This document shows, in pieces, positions 11,293 through 22,451 of a stretch of 64,000 bases of DNA. The position numbers were made by a program, and so were the translations under genes. Every line of letters starts with the position of its first letter. Position 1 is the first letter of the stretch. The notes under the pieces were generated by a model. It saw only the letters and a list, made by a program, of their open reading frames with translations, made no database searches and was not told where the DNA came from. Source of the DNA: Yuukianura sp. NJ FZ-2021. Its lineage: Eukaryota. The stretch is taken from NCBI GenBank assembly GCA_046563655.1, contig CM102286.1, positions 868,001 to 932,000 of the forward strand. Reading direction: 5' to 3'.

Positions 11293-11992
11293 CTCTTTTT
11301 TTCATGGAGTGTCTACTCCAGTAGACACAGAAAAGCATCAAGTTTGGGGGTAGAACTTTCAACATAACACTGTACACAGGCTCTACCCAATTTCATTCAC
11401 CGGGGAGCTGAAGGGAGAAATTTGAAAAAGCGTTGCATGACTTATCGCCATCTTCATTAGATTTAGCTTCTTATCAAATCCAAAGAACAAGGAAATTACA
11501 TTATGAAATGAAATTAACAAACCCAAAAAACCGCCAACTTCCAAATAAAACCATTCATTTTCCCACTCAAACTGCAATTGAAACACAGAAACCTTGGTCC
11601 CACTTTTCAAAGTTTCACAAACAAAGCAAAAAAAAATTTAAAACCTTAAAAAGATTTTTTTTTCTCCAGATTTTTTTACTTTCTGTTTTTCATATTCGAG
11701 TGTAGCCAATTTGTCAAAAGCTCCACTTTTGCAAAATTTGGATCACGTTGCAAAAAAAAATTGTAAACAATTTTTTTTTGAAAACGAAAAGAAAAGGAAT
11801 CTTTCAAAACTGACAGATGAGTGACAAGCTTTGAATCTTTTTAGTTTCACTTTTTTCCTTTTCCTGCTTTACTCTTACGCTGTTTACATCAAAAATGGAC
11901 CAAACAAAGCGTCAAAATGGACCATGACGAACCCCATTGTTCCAGTTTCACATTTTGGTAGTCCTTGTCATGTTTATGAAAAATGACTCGAC

Positions 11993-12005
11993 AGGTCAAA
12001 GGTCA
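11993..12005 (+). promoter_or_regulatory. Perfect nuclear-receptor DR1 (AGGTCAAAGGTCA)
   Basis: Exact motif; identical copies at 40039 and 62246 (reverse). Confidence 0.4.
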
Positions 12006-13064
12006 CAACTAATAGACTCCCGGCACATGCTCCGATTCTAGGATGAGATCACTTTGCAACTTAAACAAAAACGGAGATGAATGAATATCAAAAATGATTT
12101 TTTAAACAAAGTGCTTCTAAAAGTGGCGTCTGTCAAATGGATTTTCATTTCAAATTTAGTTCCAGCGGCAAAATTAAAATGAAACCTCAGCCACATTTTC
12201 CTGACAAATTGTTTTCTTCGTTTCAAAATGATGTCCTGATTCAGCAATTTTTGTTGTGACCGCACCGAAATGTTAAAATGTTTGAAACGGGATGACTCAA
12301 ATGGTTTGGGTTTAATAAATGTTCAATTTCAACCTAGCTTAGGCATCAAATTTTGAAATTTTGACCTTAGTCAGGACATTGTTCATCGAATTACACAAAA
12401 GGAGGAGGATACATACAAGTTAAGCGAGTAGTTTAAATTTCTAAAGTCACAGATCACCAGTCCGAGTCCACTTAAGTATCATTTACACTTGTAAAATGAA
12501 TTATGTACTGCGTATAGAAGAGACGGCGGAATGGAAATTATTGCTGCAAGTCAAAGTAGAAATCATAAATTGCTTACACAACTTTTTTTGAAAGACCTCA
12601 TTTGTTTAGTTTCTTTTTTTCAAATTAAAAATTTTTTGTACCTCCGTTTTTATAATGTATTATACACGAACCAAAAGAGTAAGATGATCTTAGAGTTAAA
12701 TTACAACAAAAAGTGCGGATGATGCACAACTTAATGTTTTACTAACTGCCATAAAAGTGAAACCGTGATGTGCCCATGCCACTCGCTCAACGACAATGAA
12801 AAAAAAAGTTAATTGACACGGTAGGCCCGAAAATTTGAAAAATTTGCATTTTTGGAAAAAATTTCAAAACTACTTTGAGCTATTGACTGTTGACATGATC
12901 ACATAGTGAACGAAAAAGTGCTATCAACCTCAAGCATCTCAAAAGTACACTAATCAAGCTTCAAAATATTTGGCAGGAAGTTTTTAAGGGTCCCTTTTTG
13001 AGGGAGCCCTTAACAATAGGCACTAAATTTGAAAAGAGAATGCGGATTTGGTGGCTGGAAAGGG

Positions 13065-13262
13065 TTAGGAAACATGTATTGTTGCAGGATGTGAAGAATT
13101 TTCAGTTGACACTTCTCTACTGATTGCGTCTGTAAGTGTGAGAAGACATGCGCACTGATGAGTTGCTTCTTTCAGCATTGCGTGTCCTTGTAAGGACCGA
13201 GTAGGAATTGAACGCGGTCCACCAAAATCAACTCCGATTGTTAGCACCACCAAGCCACTTAC
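13065..13262 (-). mobile_element. tRNA-headed SINE-like element
   Basis: Minus strand: A box TGGCTTGGTGG (13257-13247) and B box CGTTCAATTCC (13214-13204) about 32 nt apart, then a ~140-nt body richer in GC than the flanks. The 3' boundary is uncertain. Confidence 0.45.
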
Positions 13263-14812
13263 CAATTTAAACAACACTCCAAAACTTCTACATTCATTTC
13301 ATTTTATATAAATCAAAAATAAATAATTTAAAAACAAACTTTATAAAGCGAAGCCTTGAGCCATTTTCGGAATTTTTTCTAAAAAGTAGAACTTTTGTTG
13401 TTGGTTTTATTTGAAATGCTTAGCAACTCGAGAAACTTTTTTGATTTTTTAGTTAAAAAAGTTGTATTCAGGAGAAAGTTTAATTAGAAACACATGTTGA
13501 ATCTCACAGGTAAGAGAAGGGATTCAAGAGATTTTTTGAAAAGCTCTGAAAAGAAAAGTTTTGAAACTAGATTTTTTGTTCATTGTGTATAGGGCTTGGA
13601 AAGCAGTTAAGTTTTTGAACTCACGTTTAATTTCCGTGTGACGCTTTTATTATAGTCAGTCCACAAGGTTCTCACAACGATTACTTTCCAATTTAAAAAT
13701 CGAAGGCCAATTCCTGCAATTATTGGAAACGAAACAAAACATGCACAACAACAGCTTGCAACTGCACAGAACCAAATTGGTTCCATTTTCATAAAAAATT
13801 ACTACTTCAAAAAACATCAACCCAGGAAGTAACTGCATTACAAATTGCAAAATTTCAAATCAAAAACCAACTGTATCAACATCTCAAAAAATTGCCCAAA
13901 TTTGGAAAGCAGTTGCAAAATTTAATTTACATGAAAATGGGCTAAACTCTGCAATTTGAATAATATGTGTGTTACTTTTTACCAGAAAATTTGGAATTGT
14001 TGTACTACGCAACACTAATTTTTGTGATTAATAGTTGTGAAAGTTGTCGCCTGCTGCCGCCTGGTGACATAAACCACATTATTCAAAAGAGAAATACAGA
14101 AAAGCATTTTGCGTAGGAGAACCCCCCATACTCGTATAACTTTTCTTGTTTCCGACAAAAGTTTGAAAGTTTTGAACTTTCCCCCCAGAAGAGAGATTAT
14201 TTGAGGTCGGAGTTTGAACCGGGAGAGAGTTGTGGCGCTTAAGTTTGAAAGTTACACTTGTTTTAGTATGGAAGTGGAGACATTCATGTGAGAGGGGACC
14301 TTTGAAATTATGACAATGGGCTTTATGATCCTGATATGCCAAGGAGGTCTGGTGTTCCTCTGTCAAAATTATTTCACCCTAATTTATAACTTCCCGCTCT
14401 GCCTCTCCTAAAAGTTACACAATTTGTAACAGATTCAAACTTTTACAAACTCGCTTCTGCACAATTCGGAAACTAAAGTTTTAAAAAATTTGGGGCAATG
14501 TGGTTCAAACAAACCTGGAAACATATTCAACTGCCAGTTGACCTGAAATGTAAACTAGTCATTTCAAAATCAAAATTTTTAACACAACTTTAAACATTTT
14601 AAAATTCAAAATCAGCCTAGACGTGCTTCCCGCACCTTCCACCTGTCTTTAAAAATTTACCGCTCGAGGCTAAATTTACATTGTTGTAATAGGAAGCTGG
14701 AGGAAGATGAATTGTTGTCGAGTGTGTATTTTGTAACAATGGAATAATTTAAACAATCAGCAGGGAGGATGCATCTTCGCTTCTAATCTTAGCTTCCAAT
14801 CACACATGCGTT

Positions 14813-14899
14813 ATAGTTACTCCCTCCAGTGCTTCTTAACACAACATAGTTACTCCCTCCATCATTTCTCAGCACACATAAGCATAGTTACTCACTCTA
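14813..14899. repeat. Three spaced copies of ATAGTTACTCCCTCCA
   Basis: Copies at 14813, 14846 and a degenerate one at 14884; exact reverse complement at 29696-29711. Confidence 0.75.
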
Positions 14900-17800
14900 A
14901 CTAACTGAACTTCTTAAATTTTAAAGCTATTAATTATGATTTGACACTTCATAGCTTCAAAAGGTCAACTTCCAAGGTCTCTCATTACCCCAGTTCTCAA
15001 GTTTTTTTTTACAGTCTCTCATTGCCCCAAATTTTAATGTTTCAAAAACAACTTTTAAGGCCCGTGAGGTCTGGAATTGCAGTAAATCCACATTTTGAAA
15101 ATTAAAATCCACTTTTTAGTTGATTTTTTTTTTGTGGTCCAAGATGATTCTTTTGTGAATCTGATTTTATAACCACCTACTACATTCATTTTTCTCAGAA
15201 AGTAGACCTGCCTAATTTACTTTGAAAAGTGAAACTTGAATGAAAACTGTCTTGGGAAGAAACCGCGCAGTGACATAATTGGCAATTGCCTTTTAATTGT
15301 TGCCTGGGAAAGAGTCATAATTCAGAAGATGCTTTGACAAGCCCAACTTAAAAGTGAAATGATATCAAATGAAACAAGGAGAAACAGGAGCAGTTTGGAG
15401 TTGCTAATGAAGATTCCGAGATGTAAATGCGTAAAACCAGATTCCAAGTCTCTGACTTCATTTGACTGTTGCACTGATTTGTGTTAATCAACAAAAGAGT
15501 CCAATTTAAACGGGAGCTTCTGTGACTCTGCGTGGGACTGTGACCGTGACATAGTCATTGACCCCGTGGAGGCTCCAAAGTGACCAATGATGGACTTGTC
15601 TGATAAGTCAGGAGACTTGTCACTGCTTGTCAGGAAAACAACTTATCATGAACCATCCCAGGTTAGAATAACATCCCAAATGACAATCGGATGCGCAGAG
15701 GATCTGCGCAGTGGAGGCCAAAATGAAGCAAAGTTTGAGCAACATTGGTAGCGAGAGTGATGGATCTCCAAATCCACCATGATTTTACACTGATGCAAAT
15801 AAAAATTTAAAAAGAAAACACCGTGAGTACTAGTCATCAAGCAGAAATTTGGAAATTTACACGAAAACTAAAAAAAAAGTTTTAAAAAAATCTGTTGTAT
15901 TTTTTGACGTATTGTGTTCGCTTTATTATGCGGTTTCTTTTAAAATATGAAATCCAAAAATAAACTTAGTTTCTTTTCACATATTTTTTTATTGATGTAC
16001 TCATTTTCTCCCCCCATAGCCTCACTTATGTAGAGAGTCTGTGTGAAAAACAATATTTCAAAATTTCGTTGTTTCTCACCCCTCCATAGTGACAGTTTTT
16101 CAAATCCAAATGAGCTCATACTTTTTTTAAACACCGAAGCTCATCCAGCATCTTTAGCTTCACGGAGGCTCTAAGCTCGTTAGCATTTACCGCTCCTGCG
16201 CCTAACTCTTGTCTCCCTGCCCTTAGTTAATGGTGGGAGACTTGAAAATTAATGGACCTCGTTTTCAAAATGACTTTTTTTGACGTGTTGAAAACGTAAA
16301 AATGGCAACTTAAGATTTCCCGGGAGATAGAAGTAGGAGTTGAAATTTAAAAGAGAGGGAGAGGGTGTGTGCTTTTGTTTATTTACACTTAAGGGGGTTG
16401 AAGGGTTGAAGGGCTCCGGTTTTACTGCAGAGCAGATGCCTACTTAAGTACAAGGACAAGGCTGAGGCCTTCAAAAGTTCCACTGGATTTGTTTAAAAAA
16501 AGTTTCAAAAAAAGTTGTTCAGAACAACCATCGAGAAACGCAGAGCTCCAGCATCCCCCTCCGCCTCAGAAATAGTAAAATGCGGTCTTGATTGTCTCAG
16601 AGAAGCCACGATGGTCGTTTTTATTACAACAAAAAATGAAGTTTTTTCTTCCGTTTATGAACACAAATTTCCTTACGTTTTAATTTCTATTTGAAGTTGA
16701 AGGAGCCAAAATTTAAAATTTAAAAAAAGTTAAGGCGGGGTGTTTGAGTCCATTTGAAAATAGAGTAGACCCACCCAGACAGTCACGACATGCTACTCAC
16801 TCTCTCCTTTTCCTTACAAGATTTGATTTTTCCTTGGCACAAAGATTTAAAAACATAATGATATAATTCAGCAGGAAGCAAAAGGAATTTTGTAGAGTTG
16901 AAATTTTAATTCATCCCTCCCAGATCATCTTCATGTCTCTCTCCTCCTTACTACCAACTTTGTAATTATCTTCGGCGGGAAACCATTACAACTTTTTAAA
17001 ACGTCAAAATCTCTTGGCATTTCATCAAAAGACCTTGACCTTTGCCCTTCAGCTTCTGACAAGACGACCTACTGCTATCCAGCAACATGCAACTTGCAAC
17101 ACATTTCAGTTGCATGTTGCAGCTACTAAGAATTTACCTGGATTTGATAACAAAATTTGTGCTGCTTTTGAAACAAAAAATTTGCATTTCGCAAATTGCA
17201 AATCAGGAAATTCTTACTACCTGGCATGCACGATCACTTTTAGTGACTCACTGCTGTGCAAATTGGTTTTCTTGTGCGTATGTGTAAGGGTTAACTCGAA
17301 AACATTTTTGAATTCTAAGAAATTGAGGTAAAAAACTAGTTTTCAGGGATTTCAAACCATTAAAATATTTTGAATTTACCGCCGTTGGCCTTCTGCCACG
17401 CAATTGAAACAAAGATTTTTCTTTTTCATAAAAAAAGTACTAGAAGAAGAAGGTACAGGTGCGAAAACCAATCAAAATTTTTTGTTCGTCTTGTCGTTTG
17501 TTTTTGTGGCGCACAACTCACTTTTTAGTAGTCGGGAATCTTATGTTGACCATTAGAGTTTGAGGTGGGACAACAATGAGCGGGTAAGTTTAAAATTTAA
17601 AATTTTGAACTTGGAAACACCCTGACTGCACTTGGGTTGTTATCATAGACTTGATTACTCCAGTCCTAGTCTGTTCCACATTTAAACTTTTCACCCCCAT
17701 TGTTTATTTGATAGTCACGGACCACCCTGTTGGGCAACAAAAAGTTACCACAAGTGGCAACTTGTAATCCAAACGTCTCGTCTGGCTTTTCTTGTCGTAA

Positions 17801-20651
17801 TTTTAAATTTCCCGCCATTTAAAATAGTAATTTCAAAATCTCCCGCCATTCTCTCGGCTCATCATCGACTGCTCAGGGTCAGCTTAACATCGCTCAAGAT
17901 AGACAAAATTAAACAAACAAAATCTGAAAGCCAACTTTGCGGCAACGAGAGCCAAAAAAAAGAATTTTGGATATGAAGAAGTTTCGGGAAAAAATTTTTT
18001 GTGCCAATTTTCTGTTGCAAAATTTTGAGTTTTGCGTAACTTTTGGGGGGATTGGAGGCTCAATTGCCAGATCCAAAGTCAAACACAGAAGTTTGGGAAT
18101 ATTCAGGCAGATTTGGGAGCAAAAAGCCTCTTTCCAGTTCGATTCCACCTCGGCTGAGAAGTTTTTAGATTGATTCCATTCCAAAAAAAGAGAAAGTGGA
18201 ACTTTTCCGTAGCTTTTGTGGAGAAATAGGGTGAAAATTGATGGAAAAGTCTTTGGAAGGAAAGTTAAATCCTTGTAACGGACCAACAGGGAGAGAAAGT
18301 TGTACTCAAAATAAAATAAAAGTGGAGACATAAGCCTTTACTTCTGCTGAGGAGGAGGAGGAGGGAGGAGGAGGGAGGAGGAAAAGTGGAATTCCTTGGG
18401 CTTTAAACTAAAGTGAAAACGGAACATTCCCCAAGAGAAAGCAGAGGAGAAAGCTCAGGTGTGATTTAAAGAAAAGAGAAAAGCGGCTAAAACGCTTCAC
18501 TTTTTTTCAAAGATGAATTTCTCAGACGATTGCTTCCGTTTCTCGTTCAAAGCTTCGTTTTCTGTTCTAAAAAGTTTGTTCCAATGGGCTTTGTCACAGT
18601 CAGGGGTCTAACAAACTACAAACTCCCAACGAAAGCTTTAAGCAATTCGTCACAAACTTTCAAAAAAATTTTTTTCAACTTTCCGACGCACAGAAGGAAA
18701 AAAAGTGACAAACCCAAAGAAGAAAAAGTAGTGTCATCCACACACTTTCTTTGAAACATCGAAACCATGTCAAACGTGGCGAATTTTTAGCTGTTCTCTA
18801 AATTTACACACTTTTTGAATTTTTACACAAAACAACACCAGCGCTTAGTATTTCCTAGAAAGCACACCCTATTAAATGTGTTTCCGCCAAAAATTTCGCA
18901 GGTTGCGTCTTTTTCTTGATTATTTTTTTGGTAGTGAGATTTTTTGTGATAAGACGACTTTTGCGTGTGTTTTTTCCTTCAAAACATGAGCTTTGTAGCT
19001 TCCTACACAGATTGCACATGAGATGTGAAGCAGGAAATTTGAAATTGGGAATTGACAAGAGTTGGAAAATTTACATAAATTGACAATTTGAAGACGAGAA
19101 GAAATGTCCATGCATGATTTCACGGAATGCCCATTTCTGATTTCTGTTGTCAAGAAATGCCCATGTTTGCTCAGCCAATTCCAGTAGCTTTAGAAACCTC
19201 GTGTCTCCTTCGGCATTTCTCTGTTAAGTGCTCCAATGTTCCCTCCAGGCTTAATTAAAAGTTGACTTTCAAGTTCGTCAAGGTTCAAAGGACTTCGAAT
19301 GTTCAAGTTCAAATGCGGTACGGCGGGAATATTGGTAGGATTTCAAAATGGGATTTTAATTTGAGTGGAGAGGGAGGAACCTCCCGGGCAGTTCGAAAGC
19401 GAGACTCTTTTTCCCCCGCTATATTTGAAATTTGATTTGCGACATTTCATCTTTGAGGTTACTTTCAAACCGTTATCGAATTTTTTTCAAATCTCCCGCT
19501 CAAAAGTGTTCGGATTTTGGGGAAGACGGGTAAATGAAGTGAAAGAAAAAACGCATCTTCGGTGCATTTCTCATTAACTTTTTGAATTTTCCCTCCAGAC
19601 AGAAAGTGCATCTGAGATCATCACTTTCTGAGCTCCCCTTTTAAGCCGGTTATTTATAAATATTACGCTAACGTAAAAACTTTACCTAACATAAAACAGA
19701 TCAACAACATTGTCCTCAACAGCAATTTAGTCAAAATTTAACTTTTGGCAAGTGTTAAAATTCAAAGTTACGAAAAATTAGCTTATGACGTAGGCTTTGG
19801 GTAGTTGAACAGATTGATGTTGGGGTATTTACTGTTGAACGATTTGCTCATTTTCTTAAGATCCCGTTTCCACCTATGTCTTTTTCTTAATCACTTGTGT
19901 ACTTCCGGAGTTAAGAATCCAATTTGTGGAGAGGGGGAAAATTCAAAAGTTGGAGCGGAATGTGGCACATGATTTTGAAACGCCGTTTCTCCCTGCTTGC
20001 CAGTCACTCAAAGCCACTGGAGCGTACGGAGACAAAACAATTCTACCCGCACAAATCAAGCGTATCAACACGAGAATCGAACCTAAAATAACATTGACAC
20101 AAAACCAAACAAAAGCTCATCTGTGAAGAAACATCCAATTTAAAAAAAAATATTCAAAAACTTGAAAAACTCACATTGTGTAGAGCAGAACACAAAAAAA
20201 ATTGAATAAATTCATTTATTCCCTCAACAAAAAAAAGTTTTCTGCTCAAGCAGCAAAATGAAAAAAAAATCAGTTTAATAAAATGGAAACGAGATGTGAA
20301 GAGATACGAAGTGCGGGAATTTTTGAATAATTTTGTTGAAAGTTTGACATTATAGAAGTAATTTTGTTTCCATTTTGTTGACACGGAATTTTTAAAAATC
20401 GGGAAGAAATTTTCGTTTAAAACTGTTTACAATGAATAGCGACTTTTTCAAAAAGTGAAAGTGACTTTTTTTCAAAAAGAGAAAGCAGATCGATTGTTAG
20501 TTTTGGTGTGATTGAAGATTCGGATGGTGTGTGTTTGAATCTCGAGTGGCGGGTTTTTAGCACTCCCGAGTGTCCACTTCGCAGGTCACTGTCACCGTGT
20601 CACGGTTGAGGAAGACACTTAAGGAATGTTGACCTCGTTTTGAACTGAGGA

Positions 20652-20693
20652 GCATGTGGCATGTGGCATGTTCCATGTGGCATGTGGCATATG
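20652..20693. repeat. 7-bp microsatellite (CATGTGG)n forming an E-box cluster
   Basis: gcatgtggcatgtggcatgttccatgtggcatgtggcatatg. Confidence 0.7.
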
Positions 20694-22363
20694 AGGCAAT
20701 AACATCCACTGCCCCTGTCTCTCACACGCTCCATGATTTATGACCTCTGATTAATTTCTTGACCACGAAAACTGCGTCTGCGCATCCAAATTGTCACCAA
20801 AATGAAAATATTGCTCAGTTGAAATGACTTCTACACGACCTGAGATGATTTATTTTAGTACAAAAGTGAAACAATCTATCAAACATTCTATTAATTTTTT
20901 CATTTTCGAATTCCTGAGCACGGCAGAATTGAAAATTTGAATGTTAGTTAAAAATCCTGAAATTGGCACAACATTTCTCCGGTTTTTGAACTTCGAAAGC
21001 CAATTAAGGTCATGCTGGCCTTAAGTTTGTGCTTGGAATACGAAACAATTTTTTTTCCATTGGATTCTCCAGAGATCAGTTCTTATTTGACTCCAAGGTT
21101 CAATTGATTAGACTCTGGAAGGAGCCATAACAAAAAAGAGGAGACTTGGACCTACTTTGCATTCCGGGAAGATTCAAATTGAGCCTGGTTTTGCCACTGC
21201 TCCTGCCAGAGACAGCCAAACTACTGCACCCAATCCACCCTGGAAGAAACAGACTCCTTAGAGATGTGCACCCACCCTTAATTCTGTAATTGATTTGTAA
21301 GTTAAGAGGTTCTCATGCCCATTTCAACGTTGGAAATGGACTTTTACATGCATTTAGAAAGCAGTTTCAACGAAATTGAAATTACCGCACAAGGAGACCC
21401 CGATCAAAACGCTTTTAACATCCAAAGGAATGTTGGAGGTGTTCGTCCAGATTCTATCACGGTTGGAACATTTCAAAATTTCAAAATTTCCCTCGCCCTT
21501 GATTCAAAATCAATCAGAGCTGCGTGAGGTCAATTGTGTGAAATTCAAAAATAAAGCTTAAGGAATTAAGAAATTCAAAAATTTTAAGTTCAATTGAAGT
21601 GTTTTATTATCAGACGAGCCTAAATTAATGAAGTCTGGATTAGGTTAGTTTGCAAATTTGAACTTCGTTTTAGATTACGTTTGGTTAACAATAAAGTTTT
21701 TAATGGACTTCGTAATTAAGAGTTAGTCATTTAATCACACTTTGGCAAATGAGGTCCGTTGGAATCGTAACTTCAATTTATAGCCTAATTCTCCAGAGAC
21801 TAAAGGCATAGTGTCCAGAAAGTAATGAAAATCCGTCGCGTTCCGAGGTTTTCACTCGCCCATCTCTTCCATACTCATTTTCTACCATTGACCATAAAAT
21901 TAGAACACTAAATCTCTGAATTCTCGGACTCCATTTTTTTCTCACTCTTTTAATTACTCGACAACCTCATAAAACAAAAATTCAAACACTTTCACACTTG
22001 CAACCGAATGGTTAAAAAAAAAATTTCACATGATTTTTTGAAAATGATTTTCTGTTCAATAGCTTTCTCCTTTAGCCGATATGCAGCAGTACTTTGTCCA
22101 ATCATGGTCGAATTCCTGTTGAGAATGTGACGAAATTCAAACAGTTTTTACTCAATAGCCAGTCGCCTCAATCATTTTTTCATTTTCAATACCTCGCGCC
22201 TTGCGCGCGGAAAAAGAGTTTGACAGCACCCTTCCTTTTCCAGGCGTTTGAAGGCGTTTAGGAAAGTGACACTGGAACTGGAGGTCAGCTGCCTCCGATG
22301 CATCACTCGTTTGACATTTCCAGACGACCAGCATTCGAAGGAGAGGCGTTTTATGCTTTTTTC

Positions 22364-22451
22364 AAGTGTAAAAGGGGGGGGGGGGTTCATGGTTTTCAAG
22401 TGTGAGAGGGGGGGGGGGTTAAAGTGTAAGAGGGGGGGTTCATGTGTGGGG
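22364..22451 (+). repeat. G-run tandem repeat (aagtgt...Gn-tt), potential G-quadruplex
   Basis: G12, G11, G7 and G4 runs at 22374, 22408, 22432 and 22448. Confidence 0.7.
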
